Source of the DNA: Yuukianura sp. NJ FZ-2021
Lineage: Eukaryota
Assembly (NCBI GenBank): GCA_046563655.1
Contig: CM102290.1
Span: 9,858,001-9,922,000 of the forward strand
Direction: 5' to 3'
Length of the DNA: 64,000 bases
The notes beneath the pieces were generated by a model. The model searched no databases and was not told where the DNA came from. It was given only the letters and a program-made list of their open reading frames with translations. Position numbers and translations under genes: made by a program. Below, piece after piece: positions 13,372-27,354 of this stretch (its first letter is position 1; each line of letters starts with the position of its first letter).

Positions 13372-16300
13372 TTCCGCTGGACCTCTGGGACTACACTGAC
13401 TTGCAGCATAGCCTGGTCACCTAACAACCTAACATATTGCCTTCCATGGTCTCCAATTTCACCGCCCACCGACATGTCACCCACAAAAAATGGAGCTTCG
13501 CAGGGAACCATCAATAGTGTCCTGGTCTGTAGAGGTGGGGTTACAACGGAGGGGTCCCCCAAACACCGTCAACCGTTGAGAAACACCGTCAACCGTAGAA
13601 GAACGCCATGAACTGAAGAAAAGGAAAGGGCAAAAGGAAACGGAGATTTATGTCTACGAGGACACAAGGTGAAAACAGCACGTGATTTTTCATTGAAAAG
13701 TGAAAGTGACAATATTTCACAAAAAGTGAAAGGAAACATTAACGGAAGTGACCATAAGAAGGCCATAGTTGTCGTGACATGCGAACTGACATTACACAGC
13801 ATTTTTATGCTCCTTACTCAAGTACTCTCCGGAATAATAAAAAATGAGGTGTTAATTTGTTTATGACACTATAAGAGTTCCATGTTCCAAATTTCCATGA
13901 AACTTTGTCCAAAACCCCTTTTGTTCATAATTTCTAACAATTGTTCAAAATTTTAGAAAACAATTTGAAAGAAGCCGTACGTGAACCTTACAAATTGTTC
14001 CGTTTCAATAACATCTATTGTCCTGCCCACTGCTCCGAAACCTATTAGTTTATGAGAGTAGTAACTTGGGAAACAAACTAATGCCTATCATAAATTTCAA
14101 TAGACAGTGGAGGAGATGTGGCTCGTTAGCGATTTTAGATGTCGAAACGAAGAGGAAAGCGCGGAAGTTTGGAACGGTTTTTGCGAAAAGTGGCGTGTCA
14201 TGGTGGGAGCGGGAGAATTTGAAATCGATTTTAATCCCAATGCCAGTCTTTTGGATTAGAAGTGTACATCAGCTTGTTCCAGAGTTGAGGGTGTGTGGGA
14301 ATTATGATTGTGTTTTCTATTATTAAAGGACCCCTTCGTCTTAATTCAACTTCCCAACGGCTGGAGGGAGAAAGTCAACGGAAACTCAACATTAATCATC
14401 CATTTCACCAACAACAGACAAAGTAAACAGGCTACCCAACGCAAACAAAGTTAGGTTAACCCTAACAACAACCTTACAGGCTACGACATAACAAACCTAA
14501 CTTTTACCCTCACCATACGACGCTCAAGTTATGTTAGGTCCTCAATTTAAACAACCCACGTTATTACAAAAAATCAATCATCCACACAAAACAAAATGGA
14601 TAAAAGAATACAAAATTTCAACTTCAATCTCAATTTACTCCAACTACGAGAACCTGAAAGACCGCTTTCCCCATGTTATAGTAAGAGTTTCTCAAAATTC
14701 TTCGACATTTAAAGAGAATTGATTAAATTGAAAACGTCGAGCCTTTTAATCACTTTTTTACATTTCGGAAATGAGTGGGAGCCTATAATCAAGTGAAAGC
14801 AGAAGTGAAAGCGCGGATTTTTGAAAAGGACGTTCCAAGTTCCCGTTTTTGTTCTTGGGGAAAGTTCTAAGAATTTTGAAGGGAAGCGAGAGAAAGTTGG
14901 TTTCAACATGATGAGAGAAAGTGGGGTTCCTTTCAACGGCATTTTTCTCCATGCCTTCCAGCCATTCAACTTCAAATTTCATTTCTCAATAAAAGTAGAA
15001 ACATGGACTCCCTGCACTTCCACTCGCACACAACCAAAAGGAGATGATGGACAATCCTTCGTGCCATAATGTTTTCAAATTCTCCTGCCACTACTCCTTA
15101 CCCGAAAAAAGAGAGGAAAGAGTCTCTATTCACTCAAACTTAACAACTCCAAATATTTTACAAACTGAAACCTTCCTCCCAGTTATTAAGCAGTCAAAGG
15201 AGAAAAATTTGGCAAAACCTCCCGTTTGTTCTACTTCATGCAAGCATTGTGTCTGTCTGTCCTCCGAAGTTAAAAAAATCGAAACAAAAACTTTTTTTAA
15301 AAAAAATCTATTTAAACAAAACCGTCTCAAAAATCAGAAAGAGTCGTAAAATTTGCTTTCCATTTTCTAAATTTCTGCACTCGAAAACTTTTCCATTTTC
15401 GAGTTCGTTTCTCTTCGACCTCGGCTGGGTAAATACAAAAGTTCAGAAAGTCAACTGCTCAACATTTTAAAAATTCAAACCAACCGCCAAAATTTTAAAA
15501 GCTTAAAAGTTGCTACTTCTCAAATGTTTTCCTTTTCGTGCCTTGTTACGACAACTAACGTTGAAAATTATAGCACAAGACATTTGTTTTTCGCTAAAGT
15601 AACTTTCTCAAGCTTTTTAAACCACTTTTTTTTCTCCTTTTCAAAACCAAAGCTTTGTTTATAAATATAAAGTTTCATAAAGAAAATGATCTCAAAGTCC
15701 TTAATAAATGGAGTAGGATTTGGGTTAAACCGAGTGATTACCTAAGTTTTTGTTTTGACAAATGTTTCAGCCGAAACAACAACAAAAAGGCAAAACAAAA
15801 AGTGAGCCTGAGCTCCTCGGGTAACTCCGTTTTTCGAAACGTGGTAGGAAGGTATTGCCTTGAGACAAAAGTCTTTGTGCCGGTAGGACTTTATCTTCTG
15901 ACGGCGGGAGCTCATCTCAATTTATGAATCCCATCAACCCAGCCTTTCTCCAGGGAGAGAGAAAATGTGAAACTGTTCTTGGCGGGGATTAAGACTCCAC
16001 TCCAAGTACCAATTCAAATCTGAGCGCCAAATTTCAAAGCAGATGGGCCCACCAACGTGGGACAACTGTAAGTCCCACCATTTAGTTCCTTTCTTTTTTG
16101 TGCCTATACACAAGAGAGAAAGGCGGGTGGTCTGGGGGCGGGGGGCGCTATGGCTTTCTCCACGAAATATTATGGCTTGGTTATGGGTTTTGTGGGTTAT
16201 GGGTTTCTATGGTGGGTGGGGATGGGATGAATGAAGCGGTAGAGGTCAACCAAGGAGTTCGCTCAATTGCTCAATTTGTAACAAGGGAGTTTATGGGAGG

Positions 16301-17149
16301 CTCATTACGTGGATTACTTAATAACTCCCATTCACGTACCCCACTACATCACGCACCCTCCGTCACTACCACACAAAATATTCCGTGTAGTTACAAGTTC
16401 TCAACATAAACAAAATATTGACTTTAAATATTTTAAAACGTCGGATTTTGTTACATTTGTATCCGCGTAGGGTTAACCCAACTTTCGCCCCCCACAACCG
16501 GAACTGCCAATTTCAACAATACGTGCATACACACCGAGCTCCTTTCTATTATTTTTCAACATCCCAATTCCTCTCCTCCCCTTACAAGACATACGTGGAG
16601 AAAAAAGAAAAAGCTCAAATTTCCGTTTTTGTAATTTTTTTCGGGACTAAAATTGGTTGGAAAAATGGGGGTTCTTGTTTCTAATTTCCAAAAAGCTCCA
16701 CTTCTCTGCTTACGACCTCATATTGATCTAAAATCCCTCCTGTCTTCATTTGGGCTTGCAAAAACAAAAGCTTCAGAGAATCTGAAATATCTAGAGAAAA
16801 ACTTTTCAAAAAGAAAATGAAGGGCCAAAAGCGTAGATCCTAATCGACTCATTTAAATAAGGAAGCGACATCGAAATTGACATCGTGTCGATACGATCTT
16901 ACACGCTAGAACCCAAACCCCGAAAACCCCATGTTTACCTTATACTTTTTCACTCTGGCGCCAAACTACTCAAATTTCAAAGTCATTGAATTTGAAACAG
17001 ACCTGCACGCGAGGAGCTATGAGTTTTAAAACAACAACTTATGAAAACAAGGCCCAAACTAGGTAGTGTAACCTTTTGATATGTTTGCTCTTGGTGCCAT
17101 GCCCGCCTATGGACGGAATCAAAAGACATGCTCGCCTAGGTTCCAGGTC

Positions 17150-17450
17150 ATAAGAGCTAAACCAAAAAGATCTATTTCAATAAGTGCTACTCAATAAGAG
17201 CTGGAAAATAACGGCTACTCCAAAAAGGGCTAATTCAATAAGGGCTACTGTTAATAACGGCTAATTTAATTTAAACTTCAGTGTCATTTTCCCGCGTTTT
17301 AAACTTAATCGTTTTAGAAAATATGTCATATTAAAAATCAAGACACCTCCGTAATTTGCATAAGCGCATCAAAAATGCCATAAAGCTTTGGTATTAAAAA
17401 CAATAATCACTATTGTCAATTGAATAACCTAACGCGCCTTCGGTGCGGGA
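17150..17450. repeat. 15-bp-period array plus TAACCTAAC and GCGCC-TTC-GGTGC hairpin (MITE-like remnant)
   Basis: About 6 AATAAG(G/A/T)GCTA-like units at 17150-17265. TAACCTAACGCGCCTTCGGTGCG at ~17424-17447 shares the hairpin motif of the 733-2283 element. Confidence 0.65.
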
Positions 17451-18469
17451 AGATAAGTGAATATACTACATCTGACATTTGAAAGTTTAAAAACTTTAGC
17501 TTTGAAATTTCAAAAAACAGACATTGAAACTTGGTCATTTCGTTGACCTCTGAAACGTGACCTTTCCTAACCAGAACTTAGAAGCTTGAAAAACCATACT
17601 TTTGGCATTTTCCAGATGTAAGCTAATTCCGTGACCTTTGACCTTCCAAAAACGTTGGATGTAGTTCCGCCCTCACTCAAGTTCCAATCCATTGAACCCA
17701 GTTGAAAATGACCAACTAAACGTTGCATCTGAATCCGATTCCTCCTGAGCCTCATCTTCCGTTCAATCGAGTTCGTAATGAACAGAAGCGGAGAAGTGGA
17801 ACTGTTCTCAATCTAAACTGCAATTAGACTCCTTTTCAACTTTTACTGCTGAGGCGCCTTCTTTTTTTAAGAAAAAAGGCGCGATTTTAGAAGAACGGAA
17901 AGGTATATCGCCCAAGAGGACTTTGGAATCACGTCTAAGGCATCTTTAAGATCTTTGTTCCCTGTAGAGATTAATGATGGCGATGATTTGTGAGAGAGAA
18001 GACATCATCTTGTGAGATGTCACATGAACATGCATGGGCGTCCTTGTGCCCCCAAGGCCCACCTCTGTCTCCATGTCAAATGAGATCGGAGTGGGGGGAA
18101 TGGGTGGCTTCATTTATCATTCCGCCGGAACAAAACTTGGAAACAAATTGGAATTGGGATCAAATTTCCTTGAGGCTCGCTGCCACTTGTGCCCAGCACT
18201 AATACACCAAGTTAGCCTCCTCGATTGACGCTAATGGTACGGCGTTAAGATCTACAACATAAATCAACCGACCAAACAACTCTCAGCTCCTTTTGTTTAG
18301 GAACAATGGCTACTGCCCGCCAGTTTCAGTTTACTCAATGAAACACAGATTTGGTTTCTGTACTCTCGTTTTCGACAATATGTCTTCAACTTTGTCCAAA
18401 AAAGACACAAAACAAAAACGCACACAAAAAGTTCTCCTAACTTCACCCTCACTACATAAAACTTTACGA

Positions 18470-18810
18470 AACAACTTCTCAAGATTTTCCCACAAAAAAA
18501 ATTCTAAATTCTGTCCAAAAAAAAATTCTTCTACCTCCCTGTCCAAAAAAAAAACATCTTCTGGCTCCTTCTGAAAAAAAAAGTTCTCTATATTTTACGA
18601 GAAAAAAATTCACCCAGACGCAGTCCGTAACTAGAATAAACTCTTCTAATTTTCTGTCCGATAAGAAATTCTAGATTCTCCGAAACAAAATTTCTTCTAG
18701 ATTCTGTCACAAACAAAACTTCTTTTCGGAATTGTCCGGCAGGAAATGAATTTAGATATTTTTGCAAACAATTCCGGCTTTTCTGCTACAAATTCTAAAT
18801 ATTTTCAGAA
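18470..18810. repeat. Degenerate low-complexity tandem array (AAAATT(CT)TCTAGATTCTGTCC-like)
   Basis: Recurrent TTCTAGATTCT / TTCTGTCC / poly-A units with ~22-25 nt spacing. Confidence 0.5.
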
Positions 18811-20754
18811 TAAAATACCATGCGTTTCACTTAAATTTTAATTTTTCAAAATAACCAGAACTACAGTCTGATATTCTCTAGATATTCTCTGAACCATTTT
18901 TTTGATCAACGAAGCATCAACTAACCTCACTAGATTGTGAAAACGAATTAGATAGAAAGGGCAAGTCCCACTTTCTCTGACTTTCTTTCTTTCATTGCTT
19001 TCTTTGAAATTACACTACTTTCTACGGAAATCTAGTCACGTCCGAACGTTAAACCTGCAAAAGTGCGAAATCCATCAATTCCGTTCGCTTGATTGCATTG
19101 TGAAAGGGTCGAATACTAACACTTGCTTTTTTTTAGCTTTTGTTGTTTTTCGATGTTTTTTCCTCTGATTGAGCTGGAATTGAACCCTGAGTCAGTCTTG
19201 CCAAAAAAGAACGTCAATGATAAAATTAACTTTTCGTTTGGGGAGTTTAGGACGCCGGCACGCAGGGACTTATGACGAGTTGTTAGTCGGAACCTCCTAA
19301 TTCTCCTATTGTTAGTTCAAAAACAGATTTAAAACCGCCATGCCACTGACTACTGCAACTGCCACTACTATGGAATCCATAGACTAACACATACACACGA
19401 AAGCTCCTACTTCGTAAAATAGACACACTGAAAGCCCTAGGCTTAAAAATGTCACAAAACGGAAAGTATCCTAGTGTGTTCTTTCCAGTGCACACTCTAC
19501 TAGCAAAATCTGGATTTGCACGAGATGAAACATCATAAAAAAATGAAAAATCTTGAGAGAAAATAATATAGGTCAATTTTTTTTATCGTTTTCCTCGTTC
19601 AAGCGACGTTCTCCTGTTCCAAAACATCGTTATAGAATTCTCATTTCATTTTTCAACGACCCCAAACAAAAATTTCTTTCTCCCACGATGAAACGGAACC
19701 TTTCTTTTGTAATTTTATGCCCTTGAAATTTCTTTAAAGAAAGAAAGACTGTTACTGTCTGCCGAAGAAACGAGCAAAAATGTTCAAGAAAACTATTTTC
19801 AAGAAAGTTGTTTTCTTTTCAAAACGAAGAAGAATGAGCACTAGCACCAACCAAAAACACGAAAAAAAAAGTTTAGAAAATAAAGTGAAAGGAAGAAATC
19901 AATCATGCCTGCTTGTGCTCGTTGGCTCATACTACACTCCATTTTAACTTTTTTTTGACTCAGAATTTTGAAAAACTGAAAAAAAAGAGAGAAGGACCAG
20001 AACCTACACAACCAGCGTCATCATTTCGAATCAGCGCGTAACTTGCTAGGCTGTCTTTTTCCTTCTCCGTCCAGATTTCGTGTAAAGAGGCAAAAATCAC
20101 CTCCATCCTCTCCGGGAAGCAAATACAGCACCACCCCCCTCCTCCAGGAGACAGATTTTTCTGCTGCCTCTCTCTTGGAGGGAGCCGGATTTTGCAAAAT
20201 TGCAATTAATCATGACCCGCCGTTTTCTCCATTCGAGCGAAACAGGTTGTCACATCTGGAATCGTGAAAGGCGGGTGCTCCATGCCACTTTCTATTTTAC
20301 ACATCACTGATCACCTACACTCCTCTTTACTATTACCAAACACTACACGACAACGAAAACAACTTCCCTCACAAACATGAACCAAAAAAACTCAGCCTAA
20401 AGGATCAACTTTTTGACACACTTTTTTCTCAAATCAACGGAAGGAGAACAAAATTGTGATCCGAAACTCTTTCAGAAATCAAAATATTTCTAAAACCAAT
20501 ATTTACCAACCCCCAACTTTTGAAAAAGTTTCAATTTCCTTTTCCTCTATAAAGTTAGCGCACCTTTCTTCTTTTCTTCACTCGAACTTGTCGATGGAAG
20601 AAAAAAGTTTTTTTTTCGTTGCGTTACGCTACTATAAGTTTCGCCGTTTGTCAGAAAGCTCTCTACGCTTCTGCCTCACACTTCAAAGCAATTGTTCACT
20701 TTTTCAGTCGTGCACGACCAGTTTACGAGTTTCACTTTATTAGCTAAAACTACG

Positions 20755-21130
20755 CTAGGTTAGATTAGGTTATGGCAGACTAGGGCCAGGCAAAGGTTAA
20801 TCTTTCCTTGCCAAAAATTACATTTTTCCAGCGCAACTTTAAAGTTTCATGGACAACTCAAAATTGAATGGCCAAAAATTTAGTAATAAAAATCAGCAGA
20901 AATAAAAGTTTCATCAAAATCCCATAATTGTGAGAAAAAATTTACACAAAGAACCAAGAATTGCAAAAATAAAGTTTCATGCACAACTTTTGCAGGGAAA
21001 GTTTCAGACATTACCAATAATTGCAAGGAATAAGTTTCATGCAACATCAAAACCTGGAATATGCATGAAACTTATTTATTTCCTGCATATTTTGGTGCTG
21101 AACGGTGAATGTAGATGAAACTTTAACTTT
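20755..21130. repeat. Degenerate inverted array of AAAGTTTCATG motifs (MITE-like)
   Basis: Five AAGTTTCA(T/G) copies (20841-21040) are followed by two inverted ATGAAACTT copies (21065, 21115). TAGGTTAGATTAGGTT precedes the array. Confidence 0.55.
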
Positions 21131-24100
21131 CCAGAACTCTGCATTTCTCTATCCAAGTTATTTCTTCAAATTGCGTAAAAAAATCTTTCCTACACATTGC
21201 TTTCTTTCTAGCAACCTTTCTCTGCTCTTAGGTGCCTGACGCCTGCAACTCTTATTTCTGGTAACTTTTAACTCCCCATATAGCCATTTTCTGAGGAAAT
21301 AGATCGCAGTACAACATTAACAGCGAGACTCCATCTAAAGATTCTTTGGATGTTGACATTCTAGCTCCCGAAAGTGTCGTGGACTTGTGAACGAGAGCGG
21401 AGGCAGTGCAGTGGAAATTAATATTTCTTCAGAGTCAGAGTGTCAAGGCGTTTGTAGATTGATGGGTTAATTAGAAGGATTGTTGACTCTTGAGTCGGGG
21501 CGAGTCAATGTGGAGTTAATGGGATTAGAGTCTCTAGAATGAAGATGAGTCTAAATTTGGCGGCCCAATTTGAACTTGGGAAGTTCCTTGTTTTGAAAAT
21601 TAAGGGGCTTATACATACGTCTCTCTCCTTCTACGCTCAGTGAGTTTTTAGTAGCCAACGTCAAAAAAGAGTTCTTCTAGTTAGGTTCACGGTCGTAGGA
21701 ATGGATTGATCATTGATCGGTGGTGGCTGGAAGTGGGTTGGGGGCGGGGGAAGCGATTAGAGTGGGACCTGCTGACATGGTGACATGAATCTGATCTCTT
21801 CCCCACCAGTTCCAGCGGTATTTGAGCCCCTCCATATCCCAAAAGTGACTTAATGGGGGAGCAGCAAAGGAAAATAGAAAGGATGTTGTTGTAAGACATT
21901 TCGCATTTGGTGTTATCCTAACACACTCCTAAGTACGTCTTCTACAACAACCTTCCCGCTTAATTCCAAACACCACACACTTTGCTCTAAACTAAACGAG
22001 AAAAAAATACGTAAAACGCTTTATACTTTCTCCCGGAATTGAAAAACCGGGAATTTATGAGGCTCCAAATCCACCCATTCACCCCCTCCAGTCACTTTGC
22101 ATTTTCGTTTTTTTTTCCATTAGCATTTTGTATCGGCGGAAATCTTGTTTCACCAGGCAGAAAATGGCTCAAACGTCAGAAACAAAATACTTCCACTCGC
22201 CAAAACTGTTTAACCCTCTTGCGATTCCACCTCAATTTTTCAAGAATCTACCTACAGATGCAGAAAGTAACTTCCAATTTTATATAGAGAAAAGGAGAAC
22301 TTTCGGCCTCCATGCTTAAAAAATTGGCGACCGTTTCTTTTTTTCGCGCGCAGCGCAAAAAAAAAACGAATATTAAACAGCGGGAATCTCTCTGAAGTCA
22401 TTTTACTTCAGAGAAATCGAGAGAGTCCAACGTTTCCCAATTTATTTATAGCAAAATAGGGAATAAAAATAACCCAAGATTTATTGCTTCATATCAATGG
22501 ATTAGATTCACTTGTGAGTCAGTTCAGTTGCAGTCTCTGCAGAGGTCACCATTTCTATGTTACAGAGCCCTTTACTTTCACTTCACATTGACCTATGCTT
22601 GTAGCACGTAATACACGAGACCAAACATCAAATTTACTTCAATCCATCACTGTCACACTCAATTCTATCAGCCCATTTCTTTTTTTCTCTCCATATTAAG
22701 TTTAGCATTTTGCTACACTTTGTATTTTCCCTCCATAGAAGTAAAATGCAACAAAAGCTTCCACTTCTACGCCAGTTAAACTTTCTAACACTTCACGACA
22801 ACTACATAGTTACGTCCACCAAAAAATTGACCCGAGCATCACCCCCTCCCTAAATTATTGAAACGCCTCAATTTTCTAACCTTTTTCTCCGAAAAATTAA
22901 TTTGTCCTCCGAACTAATAATTTGACTCGCAAAAGTTCTCCACCCGGTTGGTGGAGGTCTTGTGTAAACTTTCACTAAAAACCGAATTTCTTTTTTCATT
23001 TTCACTTTCACTTTTACTTTTGTTTAAACCGTTCCACTGACACTACACCGCAATAAATCAACTTGTAGCCCCCTAAGGGCCAGTCTAGGAATGAACCACA
23101 CCCTGAGAGCAAAGAGACCAATCATCCAGAAAGTTACAAAATATGCGAATAAGAGCAGCTCAATTTCAATTTGAACTGACAAACCTAACTTTGTTTCACC
23201 TTGTTACTTTGTTCAACTGGCCAGCAGAGACTTCTAAAATACAGTGAAGTGACCACACCCTGCTCCTCTGCCGAACGCGAAACAACTTGAAAACAACTTG
23301 AAACTTCAAACTAGCCGCCAAGAGCCAAAGTGGATAAGAAACAAAACCGAAAACCAGAGAAACATAGCTTATACTTCCGCTCATAATTTATCATTCTCTA
23401 GAAACTTATTTGGCTCCGGAACGGGAAAAACTCAAGTTCATCAAAATCCAACAACTTCCTCCAACACTCCGCCCATTAAACATTAACAAACGCTAACTTT
23501 CTCCTTCTAGCTCCCTTCCCTTCTTCCATCCCCAGTACAGTTTTTCAAAATTTTAAGGAAAACTAAAAACTTAAGAGAAATTCAGAAAGCCATGAGCTAT
23601 AGTCTTCAACAAAAAATTTGAACTTCAAAAGTAAAAGTAAAAGTTCCTCCACTTGTATCCTTCCTTCCTCAAAACTATGCATCTTCCTCACGCTTAAAAT
23701 TCAAAAAAACATTTCAATTTTTAAAGAAAAATTAAAACATCTTTCTTTTCTTTTTTTTTCAAGAAAACAAGACAGAAAACCAAGCTCTCTAGAGACTCAA
23801 GTCACTCTCCGAATTTTTCAACGGGAAGAAAAGACGTGCTGAAAAAATTTCTTTTAGTAAACGAAGTGCAAAAGAAAAACTTTTTTCACGGTTTAATACA
23901 CCCTGCAGACTCTACTAACTCTATAAAAAAAAATTCGTTTTTTTTTAAAGTTTCTTGCTAAAAATGATTCCGAAATCTTCAAAAATTGAAGAAAATTTTA
24001 CAGTATTCAAGAATGTTTAATTTTGGTAACCAAAAATTCCCATAATTTGTCAAAAGTTTGATAGAAAATTGGCCATATCCTTCAAACATCTTCAGAAAAT

Positions 24101-25306
24101 CCTACAAATTCTGCAAATCTTAGACGAAACCTACTTTTGTGTTTACTTTATTTTGCACAAAAAAAATCACCTGAGCGCGAGTGTGACCGCGGCTCAAAAT
24201 TTGCTGATTTGACTTACTTGCAGCGTTTAATAAACCGAAGCGTGACGAGAGAGGGACTGCACCCGTCTCCTTGAATAGCTTTAGAAGTTGTTTTCTTTTT
24301 CGTAAATATTTGGAAGGAGATGACTTCCGCCAAAACCCAAACTTCCCTCATCCTCTTTCATCTCCTTCCAAAACTAACAAGAAAATAAATGCTGGGCACT
24401 GCAAAATAATGCTGCTCTGTCCTAGTATTACCAGTTCAGTTCTGCTCTCCTCACCTCCAATCCTCCTACAAACGAAGCCACGGGAGAAAAAGAAACGAAA
24501 AGTGGAACGTAATTTCTCAAAGGACACAAATTGAAAGTAATGGAGGCTCCCATCTCCGCCGAGAAAAATATTAGAAAAGAGGGAGAAAAACTGATGAATT
24601 ATTTGCACAAGTTGAAACTAAAGAAGTCTAATTAATTGGATAGAGCACTCTCAGCGTCCCTTCAAAACGCGCGCCAAAACTTGAATTTTGGAAGGAATAA
24701 GTTAGGATTAATATTTGGGAAACGATTAATTCTGAGAACCAAGTTTTTGAGCTCCCTGTCTGTCTGATGCGCACGGAACAAAGGGCAAGGGGTCTTAAGG
24801 GGTTCTTGGAACGAGCTTTCTCCCTCCTTTATTTATTGAAAAACTTTTTAGCTTTTAAGCGTATGCGGTGGAGACAACTTTGACAAGTTCCATCTCCTGC
24901 CTTTCATTTTCAAAAAACGTTTCGAAACGACTTGACAGACAAGAGTAGGCCTCAGTTGCTTTTGGCCAACTTTTTATTAGTACTTTGAACAGTATTGAAG
25001 GCCTTAAAGATTCTTTCCGAGTGAAATCAGGTGTATGTGTGCGTTCTCTAAAGCTCTTCTCAACTTTTAAGTTCTAAAACTAACTCATCAAGAAGAACGG
25101 AAAATAATCTTCTACAAGTTCAAAGTTACTCAACCCTAAACCCCAACGTTAACCTTACCCCAAGCCACATTTCCAAATGAAACAACAAAATTAAAAACAA
25201 AAACTTTCACCTGAGCAACTTCGCTTTCATTTTAAATCTAAACCGAAACGGAACCTTATAGGGAGGGGTTTCACTACATCTGGTTCATTTCAAAATGTTC
25301 AAATAT

Positions 25307-26065
25307 AATTGGTTCAACTCATGGTTTGGTGCAACTTGCGAAATGGCCCAACAATAGTGAATTTTCGGCTTACTATAGTGAGGGGCACGAAAACTAGAGA
25401 TACCCCGATGAATCGCCCGGGCGATGAATCGATGGAGATTCAGCCACTTTTCCTTATCAGGCGATGCATCTGAATTGCCATTTTTTTTAGAAAAAAGAAT
25501 CGCGATTCGGGCAATTCATTAAATTTGAAACATTTACAGATAATTCCGACAGTTTTATGTTCAATTATAGCGGAAATACGATTTTTCGCATGAATAACTA
25601 ATTAGTGAACAGTGCTAAACTTTTTAACTACTCATAGTCAACCTTCAAAGAAGGCAAATTTCGTTCATGTCTAAGCGAAAACGTAACTTCTTCGAAAATT
25701 TTGAATTTGATGCAAAACTCTGATGTTTTAAACTCTTGGTGTTTTTCGTGAAACCATTTCCACCCCACAATTTAGCAAAATAAACAAAAGGCTGCTGTTG
25801 AGATGTGCAGGTTTTCGTGTCCCTCACTGTACATTGCCTGGTTAGCACAATTCATAGTTGAAATATTCTAATTGCCTGTGAGTCTAGCTGAAACGATTCT
25901 ACATAAAGCGATCATAACCTTAAGTTTAAACGATTCGAAGATGAAGCGATTCTAGGTAGAACGAAATTGCAATTGCCAACGAAACTGATTCCATCGGTTA
26001 CATATGTTCTAATTCCCAGCGAAACTGAACCGCTTTTGTTGAACTAAATTTCAGTTGAACCAATT
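25307..26065. mobile_element. Older degenerate MITE with ~15-bp subrepeats (host of the nested insertion)
   Basis: AATTGGTTCAACT (25307-25319) is inverted as AGTTGAACCAATT (26053-26065). GTTGAA/GAAAC subrepeats lie at ~25855-26060. Confidence 0.5.
25376..25829. mobile_element. Tc1/mariner-type MITE, 454 bp
   Basis: 19-bp TIRs (T/C)AGTGAGGG(G/A)CACGAAAC-type: left TAGTGAGGGGCACGAAAAC and right (reverse complement) CAGTGAGGGACACGAAAAC, 17/19 identical. TA flanks both sides (25374-75, 25830-31). The CAGTG terminus is typical of Tc1-like elements. Confidence 0.85.
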
Positions 26066-27195
26066 GTGTACTCCACTTAAAAGATATCCAACCTAACCCA
26101 ATTCAAAATCCAGATTTTCAATGTTACGTTTTCGATAGGATAGCAACAAAATCTAACTCCAATCGTATTACGTTTTAGTGTAGTATTCGAATTCAGTTAG
26201 GTTTTGTTTTTCCAATTTACCTTCTAAGCAGGAAAGAATCAAAATCCATTTTGACTTTAGAAAAGTTAGAAGCTTGGAAACTTTTCCAAGTTTTAAGGCC
26301 TAGGCTTTTACAAGATTGACTTTATGTTTGAAAATATAGTTTTTTTTTCTTGTGGATAATCATATTGCTGAAAGGAGGACGGGAAGTAGCGAGTAAAGTT
26401 TTAAGGCTTAAAAGCGACAATCCATCTTAAAAGGGTCCGTTGACTTAAGCAGGGAATGAGCAGAAGAAGTAAGGGAAAAAGGAGATCATCTTTGAATCTG
26501 TTGCCAAATGGATTTCTTTTATTCGTCTGATTTGATCTCAGGAGAAAGCAGAAAAGCAGGAGAAAAAAAAGTGAAAAGGAGGAAACCTGTGTTTGCACTC
26601 CACTTGGAAAGGATACTTTCTCTATGCTTTTGTACGTTTCAAACGAAAAACAAACAGAAGACGAAGACGAGAAGGATTCGACTTAAAAGTACAAGACAAC
26701 TTTTGGACAGAAGTTTTTCAAACAAGTTGGAGAGTAAAAAGAGGGCCCCCTTTTTCCCTCACCGTCACGGGGAAAAGCGGTCTTGTACGTACTAATTGGG
26801 CATCAAAGACGTATGTTTAGCAGACGTAAAGTGCTTTGCCGTCCTTCTTCAGTTGACACTCCACAACTGAAGAAGAAAAATACACAAGGCCCCATGTCAC
26901 ATCAACCCAGAAGACGTTGACAACTGACAACAACAAACAACGAAACGAATGAAAGTGGTTGGTAAGCATAGTATCTACCATAGCAAATCTTGATTTGCAC
27001 AAATCTACAACGCCAGCCGTATGCTAAAGATAGACATTTCCTTCCGTCATGTCGTGTGACTGACGAGTTTTTAACCTTATGACTGCTGGCTGATTTACGA
27101 TGAACACTTCGATAGCTATTTCGATACTTTGTTAAACAACAGACACGCTAATCAATAAGGAGTAAGCAAGTCATAAGAACGAAATTAAAACTTAC

Positions 27196-27354
27196 CAGAG
27201 TCCAAGACGAGCAGGGGGAAGAATGAGTTGCTTCGAATAACACTCCAATTCCAAATCGATAATGACTTGCTCAATCAAATATATCAAATATCCGGCTGAA
27301 TTTGTGAATGGTTTGTCCAGTTGTGAGTAAAAACTTGACCAGAGACATCAGAAA
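27196..27354 (-). other. Probable 5' UTR exon 2 of the left-hand minus-strand gene
   Basis: Acceptor TTGTTTTAG|TTTCTG and donor CTG|GTAAGT; 159 nt. It contains a short uORF (MSLVKFLLTTGQTIHKFSRIFDIFD*). Confidence 0.5.

Noticed and set aside
17150..17265. Short periodic repeats (also 63250-63615) as a CRISPR array
   Set aside because: Eukaryotic context, degenerate contiguous units without unique spacers, and no cas genes.
17854..17882. GCGCCTT...AAGGCGC hairpin (similar one at ~22336)
   Set aside because: Mostly poly-T/poly-A pairing, with no evidence of function.
20755..20775. TTAGG-like runs (also ~6125, ~52045) as interstitial telomere
   Set aside because: Only 2-3 degenerate units, often associated with MITE remnants.
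22324..22335. TGGCGACCGT as an LTR primer-binding site
   Set aside because: No adjacent LTR (TG...CA) or gag/pol sequence.
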